DNA from: Vampirovibrio chlorellavorus
Lineage (GTDB): Bacteria > Cyanobacteriota > Vampirovibrionia > Vampirovibrionales > Vampirovibrionaceae
Length of the DNA: 64,000 bases
Assembly (NCBI RefSeq): GCF_003149375.1
Contig: NZ_QFWH01000001.1
Span: forward strand, 24,753 to 88,752
Direction: 5' to 3'
How positions within the stretch are numbered: position 1 is the stretch's first letter; every line of letters begins with the position of its first letter. A model generated the notes under the pieces. The model was not told the origin of the DNA and did no database searches. It saw only the letters and a list, made by a program, of their open reading frames with translations. Shown one piece after another: positions 18,653 through 27,470 of the stretch. Made by a program: the position numbers and the translations under genes.

Positions 18653-19708
18653 TTAAGAGTGAGCGGGTGTCAGGGCGCTTTCTTTCACCAGATCCACCAG
18701 CAAGCGCACATTGTCCACCGGGGTGGGCGGCAAAATGCCGTGACCCAAATTAAAGATGTAGCCCTGGTTGCCGCCTTCGGCGATCAGGGATTGCACCAGT
18801 GGCTTCAAGACCTCCGGACTGCTGAACAAGGCGATGGGATCCAGATTGCCTTGCAGGGCGAACCGGGAGCCCACAATCTGTCGGGCCTGACTGATGGACG
18901 TCAGCGGGTCAATGCTGATCACATCGGGATCGGCTTCGGCCATCAGCGGCAAAATGCCCCGGCTGTTGTTGACGTATAAAATGACCGGCGTCTCATCCCG
19001 CTTTAAGTTGCGGATAATCTGCTGATGGTAGGGCAGAATAAAGCGCCGGTAATCGGCTTCGTTCAGAATGCCGCCCCAGGTGTCAAACAGTTGCACGGCC
19101 TGGGCGCCCGCCTCAATCTGGGCGTTCAGGTACAAGGTGACCGTTTCGGCCAGTTTGCCCAGCAACCGGTGCAGTACATCCGGCGATTCGTACATCATGC
19201 CTTTGATTTTAGCGAAGTGCTTGCTGCCGCCGCCCTCAATCATGTAAGTGGCCAGCGTCCAGGGAGAACCGGCAAAGCCCACCAGGGCCTTATCGGGATG
19301 GCTGGCCAGTTCTTGTCGCATGCGCCGAATAATTTCCATGACAAAGCCGGTTTTTTCCACCGGATCAGGAATAATCAGGCGATCCACATCGGCGGCGCTG
19401 CGCAAGGGGTTGGGGAACTGGGGGCCGCCATCGCCAAAGACCACTTCCATGCCCATGGCTTCCGGGGGAATTAAAATATCAGAGAAAATGATGGCCGCAT
19501 CCATACCAAAGGCGTTGATGGGCTGCATGGTCACTTCCACCGCCGCATCCGGCGTTTTGCAGAGTTCCAGAAAGCTCAGTTTTTCCCGCACGGCCCGGTA
19601 TTCAGGCATATAGCGTCCGGCCTGGCGCATCAGCCAGACTGGGGGGCGGTCCAGCGTTTCTTTACGGCAGGCTTTGATCAAGCGGGGAGTGGGGTTTGGG
19701 GAAGTCAC
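18653..19708 (-). CDS. hemE: Uroporphyrinogen decarboxylase
   Basis: PVWLMRQAGRYMPEY, DAAIIFSDIL, GFAGSPWT, NLGHG. Confidence 0.96.
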   Translation of the reverse strand: MTSPNPTPRLIKACRKETLDRPPVWLMRQAGRYMPEYRAVREKLSFLELCKTPDAAVEVTMQPINAFGMDAAIIFSDILIPPEAMGMEVVFGDGGPQFPNPLRSAADVDRLIIPDPVEKTGFVMEIIRRMRQELASHPDKALVGFAGSPWTLATYMIEGGGSKHFAKIKGMMYESPDVLHRLLGKLAETVTLYLNAQIEAGAQAVQLFDTWGGILNEADYRRFILPYHQQIIRNLKRDETPVILYVNNSRGILPLMAEADPDVISIDPLTSISQARQIVGSRFALQGNLDPIALFSSPEVLKPLVQSLIAEGGNQGYIFNLGHGILPPTPVDNVRLLVDLVKESALTPAHS

Positions 19709-20035
19709 GGGGCATTTCCTTTTTGGGGTTGGCCTGTGGGCATCGGATCAGGGGACAATTGGAGGAGGCAATGGCAGATGAGGCATGTGCTACACCTGCT
19801 ATCATACTCCAAACTTGCCGGAATCAAAAACAAGGCCCCGCTTCAGGCATCAACCCGGAAATGAGAGAGGTCCGAAAATGAAAGGCCCGACATTTTGCAG
19901 GCTTGAGATCATAAGAGGCTTGTAGTAAGTTGATGGTTAAAGATATCGGGGTGCTGGCGTCAAGCTGGCTGAGAGCACCGTCTGGTCGGTGAAACCCTTG
20001 AACCTGCTCTGGATAATGCCAGCGAAGGAAACGCC

Positions 20036-21010
20036 ATGTCATCACCTGTTTTGTCTCATGTCCCAAAACAGTCGGAGCTTTCACCGGCTCAGGCCCGGTT
20101 TGTGTACTGGCTGAATGGCTTGGCCCCGGTGGTCACCAACGTGATCACCCCGCTGGTGGTGTTTTGGAAAATGGGCGGCTCTAGCAAATTGCCCTTGGTG
20201 AAGTATAACCAGCAGGTCAACGAGGTGGTGCGCCAGTTTATCAGCGGCACCATTGGCCTGCTCAGTTATTTTGGCGGCGGGGAGCTGACCAAGGAGGCCT
20301 TGAACCGGGTTTTCGATAACAATGGACGCACACTGGATGAATCCAGCAAGCAAGTGGCCATGATCGTGGGCGGGGTGGCCATGAGCTTTATCGGCTTTGC
20401 CTTTGTGCGCCCTTATGTCAGTACCGAGCTGATTTGTAAATTCCTGAAGCAGGAAAAAGGGCTGGAGCAAAACATTTCCGAGCAAAAGGCCCGCGCCATC
20501 CTGAAGGCGGCTTGCCCCAACCCCCAAAGCCTGCAAAAAGGACTCAATCTGCTGGAAGGCACCTTAAAGGAACAGGCCGCTGAACTGGCCGGGGCCAGAT
20601 CCAGCAACACGGCCATTCGCTGGCTGCAAAACAAGGTGGATCAGCACTTACTGCCCGGCGGCCAGCCAAATCTGAAAAAGACTGCGCTGGTGTCCACGGC
20701 GGCCCTGTCCGGGTATTTGGCCCTGCTGACCGGGGCGCTGTGGGGCGTGAACCGTGCCCTGAATCGAAAAAACAAGCCGGAAGCACCGGAAGCACAAGAT
20801 GCAATGATAGCTCAACGTTTAATGTCCGTTTCTTACCCTATCCCTCAACCGTTGATGGGGGCTTTGCCTTCTTCGTCTGCGTCTGCGGCGCTTTACTTTG
20901 CGCAGGGGCGACTAGGCAACGGAGCCTCTCCCCACCGACTTCCCCCGGTGCAGTCCTATGCGCCCGCGTTTCGTCAACCCCCATCCCCGTGGCCTGCCAG
21001 TGGCCTGTGA
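20036..21010 (+). CDS. Hypothetical membrane protein with Pro-rich C-terminal tail
   Basis: 324-aa ORF with several Gly-rich hydrophobic helices; no family recognised. Confidence 0.7.
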   Translation: MSSPVLSHVPKQSELSPAQARFVYWLNGLAPVVTNVITPLVVFWKMGGSSKLPLVKYNQQVNEVVRQFISGTIGLLSYFGGGELTKEALNRVFDNNGRTLDESSKQVAMIVGGVAMSFIGFAFVRPYVSTELICKFLKQEKGLEQNISEQKARAILKAACPNPQSLQKGLNLLEGTLKEQAAELAGARSSNTAIRWLQNKVDQHLLPGGQPNLKKTALVSTAALSGYLALLTGALWGVNRALNRKNKPEAPEAQDAMIAQRLMSVSYPIPQPLMGALPSSSASAALYFAQGRLGNGASPHRLPPVQSYAPAFRQPPSPWPASGL

Positions 21011-21025
21011 GTGAAGGCAGCTAAA

Positions 21026-22504
21026 CTAGCCCAAGTCCGCCAAGGCCGTGACCGGAGCGTTTTCAGTGTCGTCAGTCTGCGTTTGGGAGTCCTGCCGTTC
21101 GGGCAGATTGAGACGACCGGGCTGCCAGGCATAGCCCAGAGCAAAGCCCAACCCGCTGAGGCCAATGCCAATGAGGGTGGAATACGGCCAGCCGGGCAGC
21201 CCCAGCACATTGGGCAGGATACCGTTTTGGGTCAGGGCGCTGAGGATGACGGCGCTGATGCCAAAGCCCATGGCCAATACCCCGCTCCACTTGGGCGGAT
21301 TCTTCAGGTACAACATGCCCACCACCGGCACAAACATGCCGGAGGCGTAAATATCGGCGGAAATCCACAAAATGTGGATGAGATCCTTGAACGCCAGCGC
21401 CAGAGCCATGGCCGGAAGCACCATCAACACCGTGGCGATACGACTGACCCGAATTAGCTCTTGGTTGCTGGCTTGGGGACGCAGGAAGCCCTGATAAATG
21501 TCCCGGGTGAGGGTCAGGCTACCCACGTTCAGCGAGGAGTCCATGGTGGAGGTGACCGCCGATAAAAAGCCCAGTAAGACCAAAGCGCTGAAAAACGGCA
21601 CCGGGATTTTCAAGGCCAGATCAATGAGTACCGCGTCGCTTTGGTCGATGATCCGGGTACTCAGCAGGCCGATGATCACGATGATGGAAAACAACAGCAC
21701 CATCACGCACAAGGCTTGCCATCCGGCTTTAAAGGCCAGCTCCGGGTTTTTGGTGGAGGACATGCGCTGCCACATTTCCGGGGCAATGCACCAGGCCAGC
21801 ACAAAGGTAATCACCAAAAAAATATTTTGCTGCCAGCCGTGGGTAACATCCCAGAAGTGGGGCGGCTGATGGCTCAAAAAATGCTGCCAGGCAGCCGCAT
21901 CGGGGAGGGCCGTGGTGGCCGTAAACACCAGCAAAATGAGGAAACCCAGCACAATAAACACCATTTGGGCGATATCGGTAATGACCACCGTGAAATACCC
22001 GCCCCACATGGCGTAACTAACCACGGCAAGGGTGCTGAGAACGGTGGCCCACACCAAATCCAGCCCGAACACGCTGTGAAACAGTTGTCCGGCGGCCACC
22101 ATCTGGGAGCCAATCAGGGTGGTGGTGGCGGCCAAAATAATGCAGGCCAGCAGGAAGCGCCCCGGTTTGCCGTAGTATGCGGCCACCGCTTCCGGTTGGG
22201 ACAGGTATGACTGCCTGGCCACGGGCTTGGCCATAAACAGGGTAATGGCCACAAAGGATAGTACAGAGGGCAACACCAACTGCCAGGCCCCACTGAGGCC
22301 CTGATGATGAAAGGCATTAATAGAGCCCATGGTGGAGGAAGCCCCGAACCAGGAGGCCGCGAGGGTCAGGGCCACCGGAAAGGCGCCCATTTGGCGTCCG
22401 GCCAGAAAAAAGTCCTTCAGCGTTTCCACCCGCCGGGAAAAAAACCGGGCGATCAGCAGAATGACCACAAAGTAGCCAAGTAAAAAAACGGGGGATACGT
22501 TCAT
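21026..22504 (-). CDS. Sodium:solute symporter (SSS) family transporter
   Basis: DFFLAGR, LAASWFGASS, GGYFTVVITD, WQRMSST, SAVTSTMDSSL; many TM helices. Confidence 0.92.
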   Translation of the reverse strand: MNVSPVFLLGYFVVILLIARFFSRRVETLKDFFLAGRQMGAFPVALTLAASWFGASSTMGSINAFHHQGLSGAWQLVLPSVLSFVAITLFMAKPVARQSYLSQPEAVAAYYGKPGRFLLACIILAATTTLIGSQMVAAGQLFHSVFGLDLVWATVLSTLAVVSYAMWGGYFTVVITDIAQMVFIVLGFLILLVFTATTALPDAAAWQHFLSHQPPHFWDVTHGWQQNIFLVITFVLAWCIAPEMWQRMSSTKNPELAFKAGWQALCVMVLLFSIIVIIGLLSTRIIDQSDAVLIDLALKIPVPFFSALVLLGFLSAVTSTMDSSLNVGSLTLTRDIYQGFLRPQASNQELIRVSRIATVLMVLPAMALALAFKDLIHILWISADIYASGMFVPVVGMLYLKNPPKWSGVLAMGFGISAVILSALTQNGILPNVLGLPGWPYSTLIGIGLSGLGFALGYAWQPGRLNLPERQDSQTQTDDTENAPVTALADLG

Positions 22505-22531
22505 GGGGGATTAAAAACCGATCCGGGTGGC

Positions 22532-23221
22532 TTAGTGTGCGTGCGGGTGCAGGGGAATATTCAGCCTGAGCAGGCAATCTCCAAAGGCGGTGGAAAACTG
22601 ACGGGCCCGCTCTTCCTCAGAGGGGTAGTGGGGCAGCTTGCCAATCAGTTGAATCTGCTGGGCCTGCAAAGCCTCTTCCAGCGAGGCGGGCAGATCCTGA
22701 TTGCCGTACTGGTTGAGAATCAGGGCCGGGGTTCGCACAAAGGCTCGTCCATTGGTCAGGCGCCAACCTGAAAAATCCCGAGGGATGACGATGTCCAGCA
22801 ATTGCAGGGTTTCTTCCGGCAGGAGCCCGTGCAAAACCGGATGATGTCCATCCAGAATCACGTAATCGTAATTTTCAATCAGCCGGGTTAGGCCGTATTG
22901 CAGTTTTTGCAATTGAATTTCACTGAGTGTCAGGGGCAATTCACCCACCGTTAGCAGTTCCTGCTCCTCCCCTACGGAAACGGTGAGGTCCTGAAAGACC
23001 CAGTCCACGGCTTCCCGGCTGGGGGCCGCCGCTGAATGCTCGGAAACCAGTCGGCCCAGGGTCAGTTCCGGCAAGGTGGGGGCCAACGCCTCGGTCAGTT
23101 GCCGATCCGGGGAGGCATCGATATACAGTACGGAGGCGGGTGTCAACTCTTCTCCCAGGCTGATAACCACGCTGGTTTTGCCGGAGCCGGGCTGCCCGGT
23201 CACTTCGATAATGGCTTTCAT
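22532..23221 (-). CDS. P-loop NTPase, CooC/MinD-like
   Basis: N-terminal GQPGSGKT, YIDASPD, YDYVILDG. Confidence 0.65.
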   Translation of the reverse strand: MKAIIEVTGQPGSGKTSVVISLGEELTPASVLYIDASPDRQLTEALAPTLPELTLGRLVSEHSAAAPSREAVDWVFQDLTVSVGEEQELLTVGELPLTLSEIQLQKLQYGLTRLIENYDYVILDGHHPVLHGLLPEETLQLLDIVIPRDFSGWRLTNGRAFVRTPALILNQYGNQDLPASLEEALQAQQIQLIGKLPHYPSEEERARQFSTAFGDCLLRLNIPLHPHAH

Positions 23222-23254
23222 GGATTCAGGTGAAACCTTGTCCTCGTCAAAATA

Positions 23255-23623
23255 TTATGGGGATTGCTGGCTTTTAATGGCCGCAGTCAGGGCTTTTTCC
23301 AGTGTTTCCACTTTATTTTCCAGAACCTTGACCTTGCTTTCAGCCTCTTCGCGAGAAACGTCCTTGCGTTCCAAATCCCGATTAATTTTTTTGTACTGAT
23401 TGCCAAGATCCAGCGTGCGTTCCCAGGCTTTCAGCAGGATAGAGGCGCCCACCATCAGCGCTACCATGGCCAGCAAGGCACCCAGCGGCAAATCAATCAG
23501 GGTGCCCCCTAAAAATTTGACGTGCTGCTCGGGAATATCCATATTCTGAAACACCAGTAGCAGGGCAGCGCTCAACAACAGCAGGGCCAGCAGATTCAGA
23601 AGCAATTTTTGGACTTTCAGCAT
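23255..23623 (-). CDS. LapA/DUF1049-family membrane protein with C-terminal coiled coil
   Basis: TM-FQN-...-DLPLGALL-TM-coiled-coil architecture. Confidence 0.7.
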   Translation of the reverse strand: MLKVQKLLLNLLALLLLSAALLLVFQNMDIPEQHVKFLGGTLIDLPLGALLAMVALMVGASILLKAWERTLDLGNQYKKINRDLERKDVSREEAESKVKVLENKVETLEKALTAAIKSQQSP

Positions 23624-23753
23624 TTCGCACCGCCTTCGCAGTTGAAATTGAATGTAAAAAGCAAAGTAAAGGGAAAAAGCATGGATGCGCTCATTTTGCC
23701 TGAAACCAATTCGAGTTTCAATTTTTTGACTGACAATTTAATCATTGGAGCCT

Positions 23754-24767
23754 TTATTGTTCACAAACCGTTGGAAAAACGCTTGTGCCACCCCCGTTGA
23801 CTTTCTCGGAGAGTAAGCGCCACATACGGCTGATTTCAGGGTCTTGCGGAATTTCAAAGGTCAACCGCTCCCCACTGGGGTGAATAAAACTTAAACGAAA
23901 GGCCTGTAACATCTGGCCCGGCGTTTTCAGCTTCAGGGTTTTCTCCAGGCCACTGCCATAGAGTGGGTCACCGAATAGCGGGTGTCCAATATGGCTCATA
24001 TGCACTCGAATCTGATGGGTTCGTCCGGTTTCCAAACTCAGTTCCAGCAGGGCGAACTTGTCATTCAGGCGCTCCTGCACCCGCCAATGCGTAACGGCAT
24101 GCCGCCCGTCTTCCAAAATGGCCATTTTGTCCCGGTGCTTGGGATTCCGTCCTATGGGGGCGTCCACGGTGCCGGTGTCTTCCGTAAACTTGCCCTGGGC
24201 AATGGCCCGGTAGTCCCGGCGGGCGGTCTTGTCTTTCAGTTGGGCCGATAAATGAAAGTGGGCGGCGTCCGTTTTGGCCACCATCAGCAAGCCACAGGTA
24301 TCCCGATCCAGCCGATGCACAATCCCCGGACGGATTTGCCCGTTAATGCCAGACAAACTACTCCCGCAATGGGCCAGCAAGGCATTGACCAGTGTGCCTT
24401 CCCGCTCCCGACCCGTGGGGTGGGTCAGCATGCCACGGGGTTTATTGATCACCAGCAGTTGATCATCCTCAAACACCACACTGAGCGGAATGGCTTGGGG
24501 TTGCAGGGCAATGGGCCGGGCTTCCGGGATGTGGATGGTGACCCGATCGCCCTCTTTCAATCGCAGAGAAGCCTTCCGGGCCGGTTGATCATTGACCCGC
24601 ACCTGACCGTCCTTGATCAGCGATTGCAGACGCTCCCGAGACAGCGAGAATTCTTCCAGCTCACTGGCCAGCAGCTTGTCCAGCCGCTCCCCCTGATCTT
24701 CTTCAGAAATCAGCAGGCTGTGCTGGGTGCCCGTGCCATCAGGATTGAGCGGGTGGTTCATGGGCAT
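23754..24767 (-). CDS. rluD: RluA-family 23S rRNA pseudouridine synthase with S4 domain
   Basis: RLDKLLA S4 domain, NKPRG, GIVHRLDRDTCG, TGRTHQIRVH. Confidence 0.93.
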   Translation of the reverse strand: MPMNHPLNPDGTGTQHSLLISEEDQGERLDKLLASELEEFSLSRERLQSLIKDGQVRVNDQPARKASLRLKEGDRVTIHIPEARPIALQPQAIPLSVVFEDDQLLVINKPRGMLTHPTGREREGTLVNALLAHCGSSLSGINGQIRPGIVHRLDRDTCGLLMVAKTDAAHFHLSAQLKDKTARRDYRAIAQGKFTEDTGTVDAPIGRNPKHRDKMAILEDGRHAVTHWRVQERLNDKFALLELSLETGRTHQIRVHMSHIGHPLFGDPLYGSGLEKTLKLKTPGQMLQAFRLSFIHPSGERLTFEIPQDPEISRMWRLLSEKVNGGGTSVFPTVCEQ

Positions 24768-25248
24768 TGGTACCAGCCGTGGAATCGTTGGCGGGCGCGC
24801 TTCTAAAAACCGTCACAATCATTAAAATCACGCCCACAAAAATAAAACTGTCGGCCACATTAAAAATGGGGTAGTGGATGGCCACTACATCAAAATAATC
24901 GGTGACCCGCCCGGTGGTCAGCCGATCCACCAAATTCCCCAGCGCTCCCCCTAAAATCAGGGCCATGGCCAATGGTTCACCTTTGGCAAGCTGGCGGCGG
25001 GACAGGGCATAAGTGAGCAAAACAATAAACAACACCGAGGTAAACGCGCTGAGCAACTGGGGCTGATGACGCAGCAAACTAAAGGCGGCACCGGTATTAA
25101 AGGCCAAACTGAGCTGAAAAACCCCCGGGATGATGGGCACCGATACCCCCGGCGATAAATAGGCTTTGGCCAGCCATTTACTCCCCTGATCCAGCAACGC
25201 AAAACAAACAATCCAGAAAATCAGGTTCCAACGGCTGCTGTTTATCAT
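24739..25248 (-). CDS. lspA: Signal peptidase II
   Basis: DQGSK, NTGAAFS, GGALGNLVDR, FNVAD. Confidence 0.95.
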   Translation of the reverse strand: MINSSRWNLIFWIVCFALLDQGSKWLAKAYLSPGVSVPIIPGVFQLSLAFNTGAAFSLLRHQPQLLSAFTSVLFIVLLTYALSRRQLAKGEPLAMALILGGALGNLVDRLTTGRVTDYFDVVAIHYPIFNVADSFIFVGVILMIVTVFRSAPANDSTAGTNAHEPPAQS

Positions 25249-25290
25249 CGTGTATCAAGACTTATCGGAAGCGTTACTGCGACGTGGCGA

Positions 25291-26319
25291 CTATTCCTGA
25301 GGACTCTCCGGCTCGATGTCCATGGGCCCTTCCTCGCTGTCATCCGCCGGATTGGCTTGCACGGCAGGCTCTACCTTGACTTTGCCATCCGCTGTGGTTC
25401 GGGTGACGCCTTGCTCAGGGCTTTCCACCTTGTAGGTGCTTTTGGGAATAACATTAACCCGCTTCACCACCGTTAAAATCCCCTTCAGGTTAATGGTGGG
25501 GCGTTCCTGATCATCCTGCCCGATTTCGGTGAAGCCGACCGTGGCCGTGACCACTTCGTTGTTACTGGTGGCATTGGCCTTGAAAATCCGCTCCAAGTCG
25601 GTTTTTTCAGCGGATAACGTGCGGAACTTGTCCTTGCTGCTGTGCTGCGGATAGGTCAACGGTTCCTGGGTCAGGGTGGCAAAGGCAATGTTACCGGCAG
25701 GCACATCCACCTGTACTTTGGCTGTGTAAGAGTCTCCGGCGAACACCTGCTCGGGGGTTTCCACATCAATATTCACGCCATCAAAAGGGCCATAGGTAAT
25801 GGTGGCTTTTTCAAACAGGGTGGCGTCGCTGATAATTTCCCAGGTTTTACCCACCCGGTGCAAGTACAACATCCCGCGGGAGCGGCTTTTCATGGTGCCG
25901 GGCTTGGTGCTGACCACCGGGTCCACTTTGGCGGTGGCGGTGGCCGTATCCAGGCTTTCCACCGTGGCCCACTTGCCGTTGATGCGAATTTCGGTGATCT
26001 GGCTGCTGTATTTGATGTCCGGGAACATCTGCCAGGTGTCTTTAATCAGACCCCGAATGTCGGACAGGCTCAAACTGTCCCCGCTGGAAAAATTGGGCGA
26101 GTAATGCTTAAGCACACCTTCCAGATCATGCCGGTTGGACGCGGTCATCAAATCACGCAACACCTCTTGCACCGCGTTGGCATCCTGAAGATCGGCTTTG
26201 CTCACCTCTAAATGAGGGGCGGAGGGACTGACGGTCTTTGCTGAAAAAGCCTGAGGCGCCATACTGCCGGAGAGTGCCAAGGTCAAAATAAAGGCCAGGG
26301 GAAAGAGGGTTTTACGCAT
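25291..26319 (-). CDS. Exported NTF2/SnoaL-like domain protein
   Basis: Signal peptide, ASNRHDLEGVLKHYSPNFSSGD NTF2-like segment, beta-rich C-terminal domain. Confidence 0.65.
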   Translation of the reverse strand: MRKTLFPLAFILTLALSGSMAPQAFSAKTVSPSAPHLEVSKADLQDANAVQEVLRDLMTASNRHDLEGVLKHYSPNFSSGDSLSLSDIRGLIKDTWQMFPDIKYSSQITEIRINGKWATVESLDTATATAKVDPVVSTKPGTMKSRSRGMLYLHRVGKTWEIISDATLFEKATITYGPFDGVNIDVETPEQVFAGDSYTAKVQVDVPAGNIAFATLTQEPLTYPQHSSKDKFRTLSAEKTDLERIFKANATSNNEVVTATVGFTEIGQDDQERPTINLKGILTVVKRVNVIPKSTYKVESPEQGVTRTTADGKVKVEPAVQANPADDSEEGPMDIEPESPQE

Positions 26320-26432
26320 GATTTACTCAGTCTGGTTTAACGAACGTGACATTATTGTACCCGATTCAATACCCGGACGCCTTTAAAAATTAAAGTTCAG
26401 CTTTCCAGAGGGCTTCTGAATCCGGATTTGAA

Positions 26433-27386
26433 CTACCGCAGGTAATTCAGCAGGCTGGTTTGCATCAGTCGTCCCGTGATGTTCAGGGACGCTTCAAACA
26501 CATTTTGTTGCTGGTTAATATTGGAAATCAGGGCGGGCATGTCAATGTCCTGAATACTGGCAAATTCCTGGGTCAAAATGGATTTGCGCTCATCAATGCG
26601 ATCCTGAGTCAAACTCAATCGGTTTGAAGTGGCCCCGATGATGGATTGCTTGCTGAGAACGGTATTCATATCCGCAGTCATTTCGTCCAGCCGGGTGCGG
26701 ATATCGGCCAATTGAGACGGGTTGCTGGCGTCGGCCAAATTCTGTTTCAGTTGCACCAGGGTTCTAAAAATCCCCGAACCGCTCACAGTGACCGGTGGAC
26801 CGGCAGTCACCGCGCTGCTGCCCATCATATCCTGCCCATTCACGTTAATGGTAACCTTGACGCCTCGGGCAATTTCCACTTCCCGCTCCCACGATTCGGT
26901 GACGGGATTTCCGGTGTAGGTCACATCATCGCCGGTGCGGCTGAAGGGAGGGCCATCGGTTTTAAACCCGCCAAAAATGTACTTCCCACCAATATCGGTA
27001 TTCCCCAGTTGCACCAGCTGGTTGATGATCTGGTCAATTTCCAGCCCAATGGCGTTTCGCCCGTCCTGATTGTTGGTAAAGTTGGCCGCCTGTGTGGTTA
27101 ATTCCTGGGCCCGCTGAACCAGAGCCACCATGCTGCTGATGGCATTATCGGCGGTATTCACCTCGGCAATGGAATCCTGAATGTTGCTACTGTATCGGTC
27201 ATCAGTTTTCAGGGTATTGGATAAGGCTAGAATACGGGTTAAACCCACCGGATTGTCCGAGGGAACGTTTATGTTTTGCCCGGACGATAAAGTTTGCTGC
27301 AAGGAGGACAGCAGGGACATGTTGGTATTCAGGTAGCCCAGGGCCTGATTTCTCATGTAGCTGGTGGTGATGCGGCTGATACTCAT
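26433..27386 (-). CDS. flgL: Flagellar hook-associated protein 3
   Basis: Flagellin-like N-terminus (QQTLSSGQNINVPSDNP), GGKYIFGGFKTD, SLLNYLR C-terminus. Confidence 0.93.
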   Translation of the reverse strand: MSISRITTSYMRNQALGYLNTNMSLLSSLQQTLSSGQNINVPSDNPVGLTRILALSNTLKTDDRYSSNIQDSIAEVNTADNAISSMVALVQRAQELTTQAANFTNNQDGRNAIGLEIDQIINQLVQLGNTDIGGKYIFGGFKTDGPPFSRTGDDVTYTGNPVTESWEREVEIARGVKVTINVNGQDMMGSSAVTAGPPVTVSGSGIFRTLVQLKQNLADASNPSQLADIRTRLDEMTADMNTVLSKQSIIGATSNRLSLTQDRIDERKSILTQEFASIQDIDMPALISNINQQQNVFEASLNITGRLMQTSLLNYLR

Positions 27387-27408
27387 GGCGGAAGGTCCTT
27401 ACAGTTTT

Positions 27409-27460
27409 CCTTGGTCAAATCTTCTCGGGCAAACTGCCCTTGGTCCGATATTCTCGGGCA
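27409..27460. repeat. Two 23-bp direct repeats (20/23 identical) in the flgK-flgL spacer
   Basis: CCTTGGTCAAATCTTCTCGGGCA (27409-27431) and CCTTGGTCCGATATTCTCGGGCA (27438-27460). Confidence 0.85.
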
Positions 27461-27470
27461 TTAACAGGCC

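Noticed and set aside
27409-27460. Mini CRISPR array
   Set aside because: Only two repeats with a 6-bp gap, and no cas genes in the window
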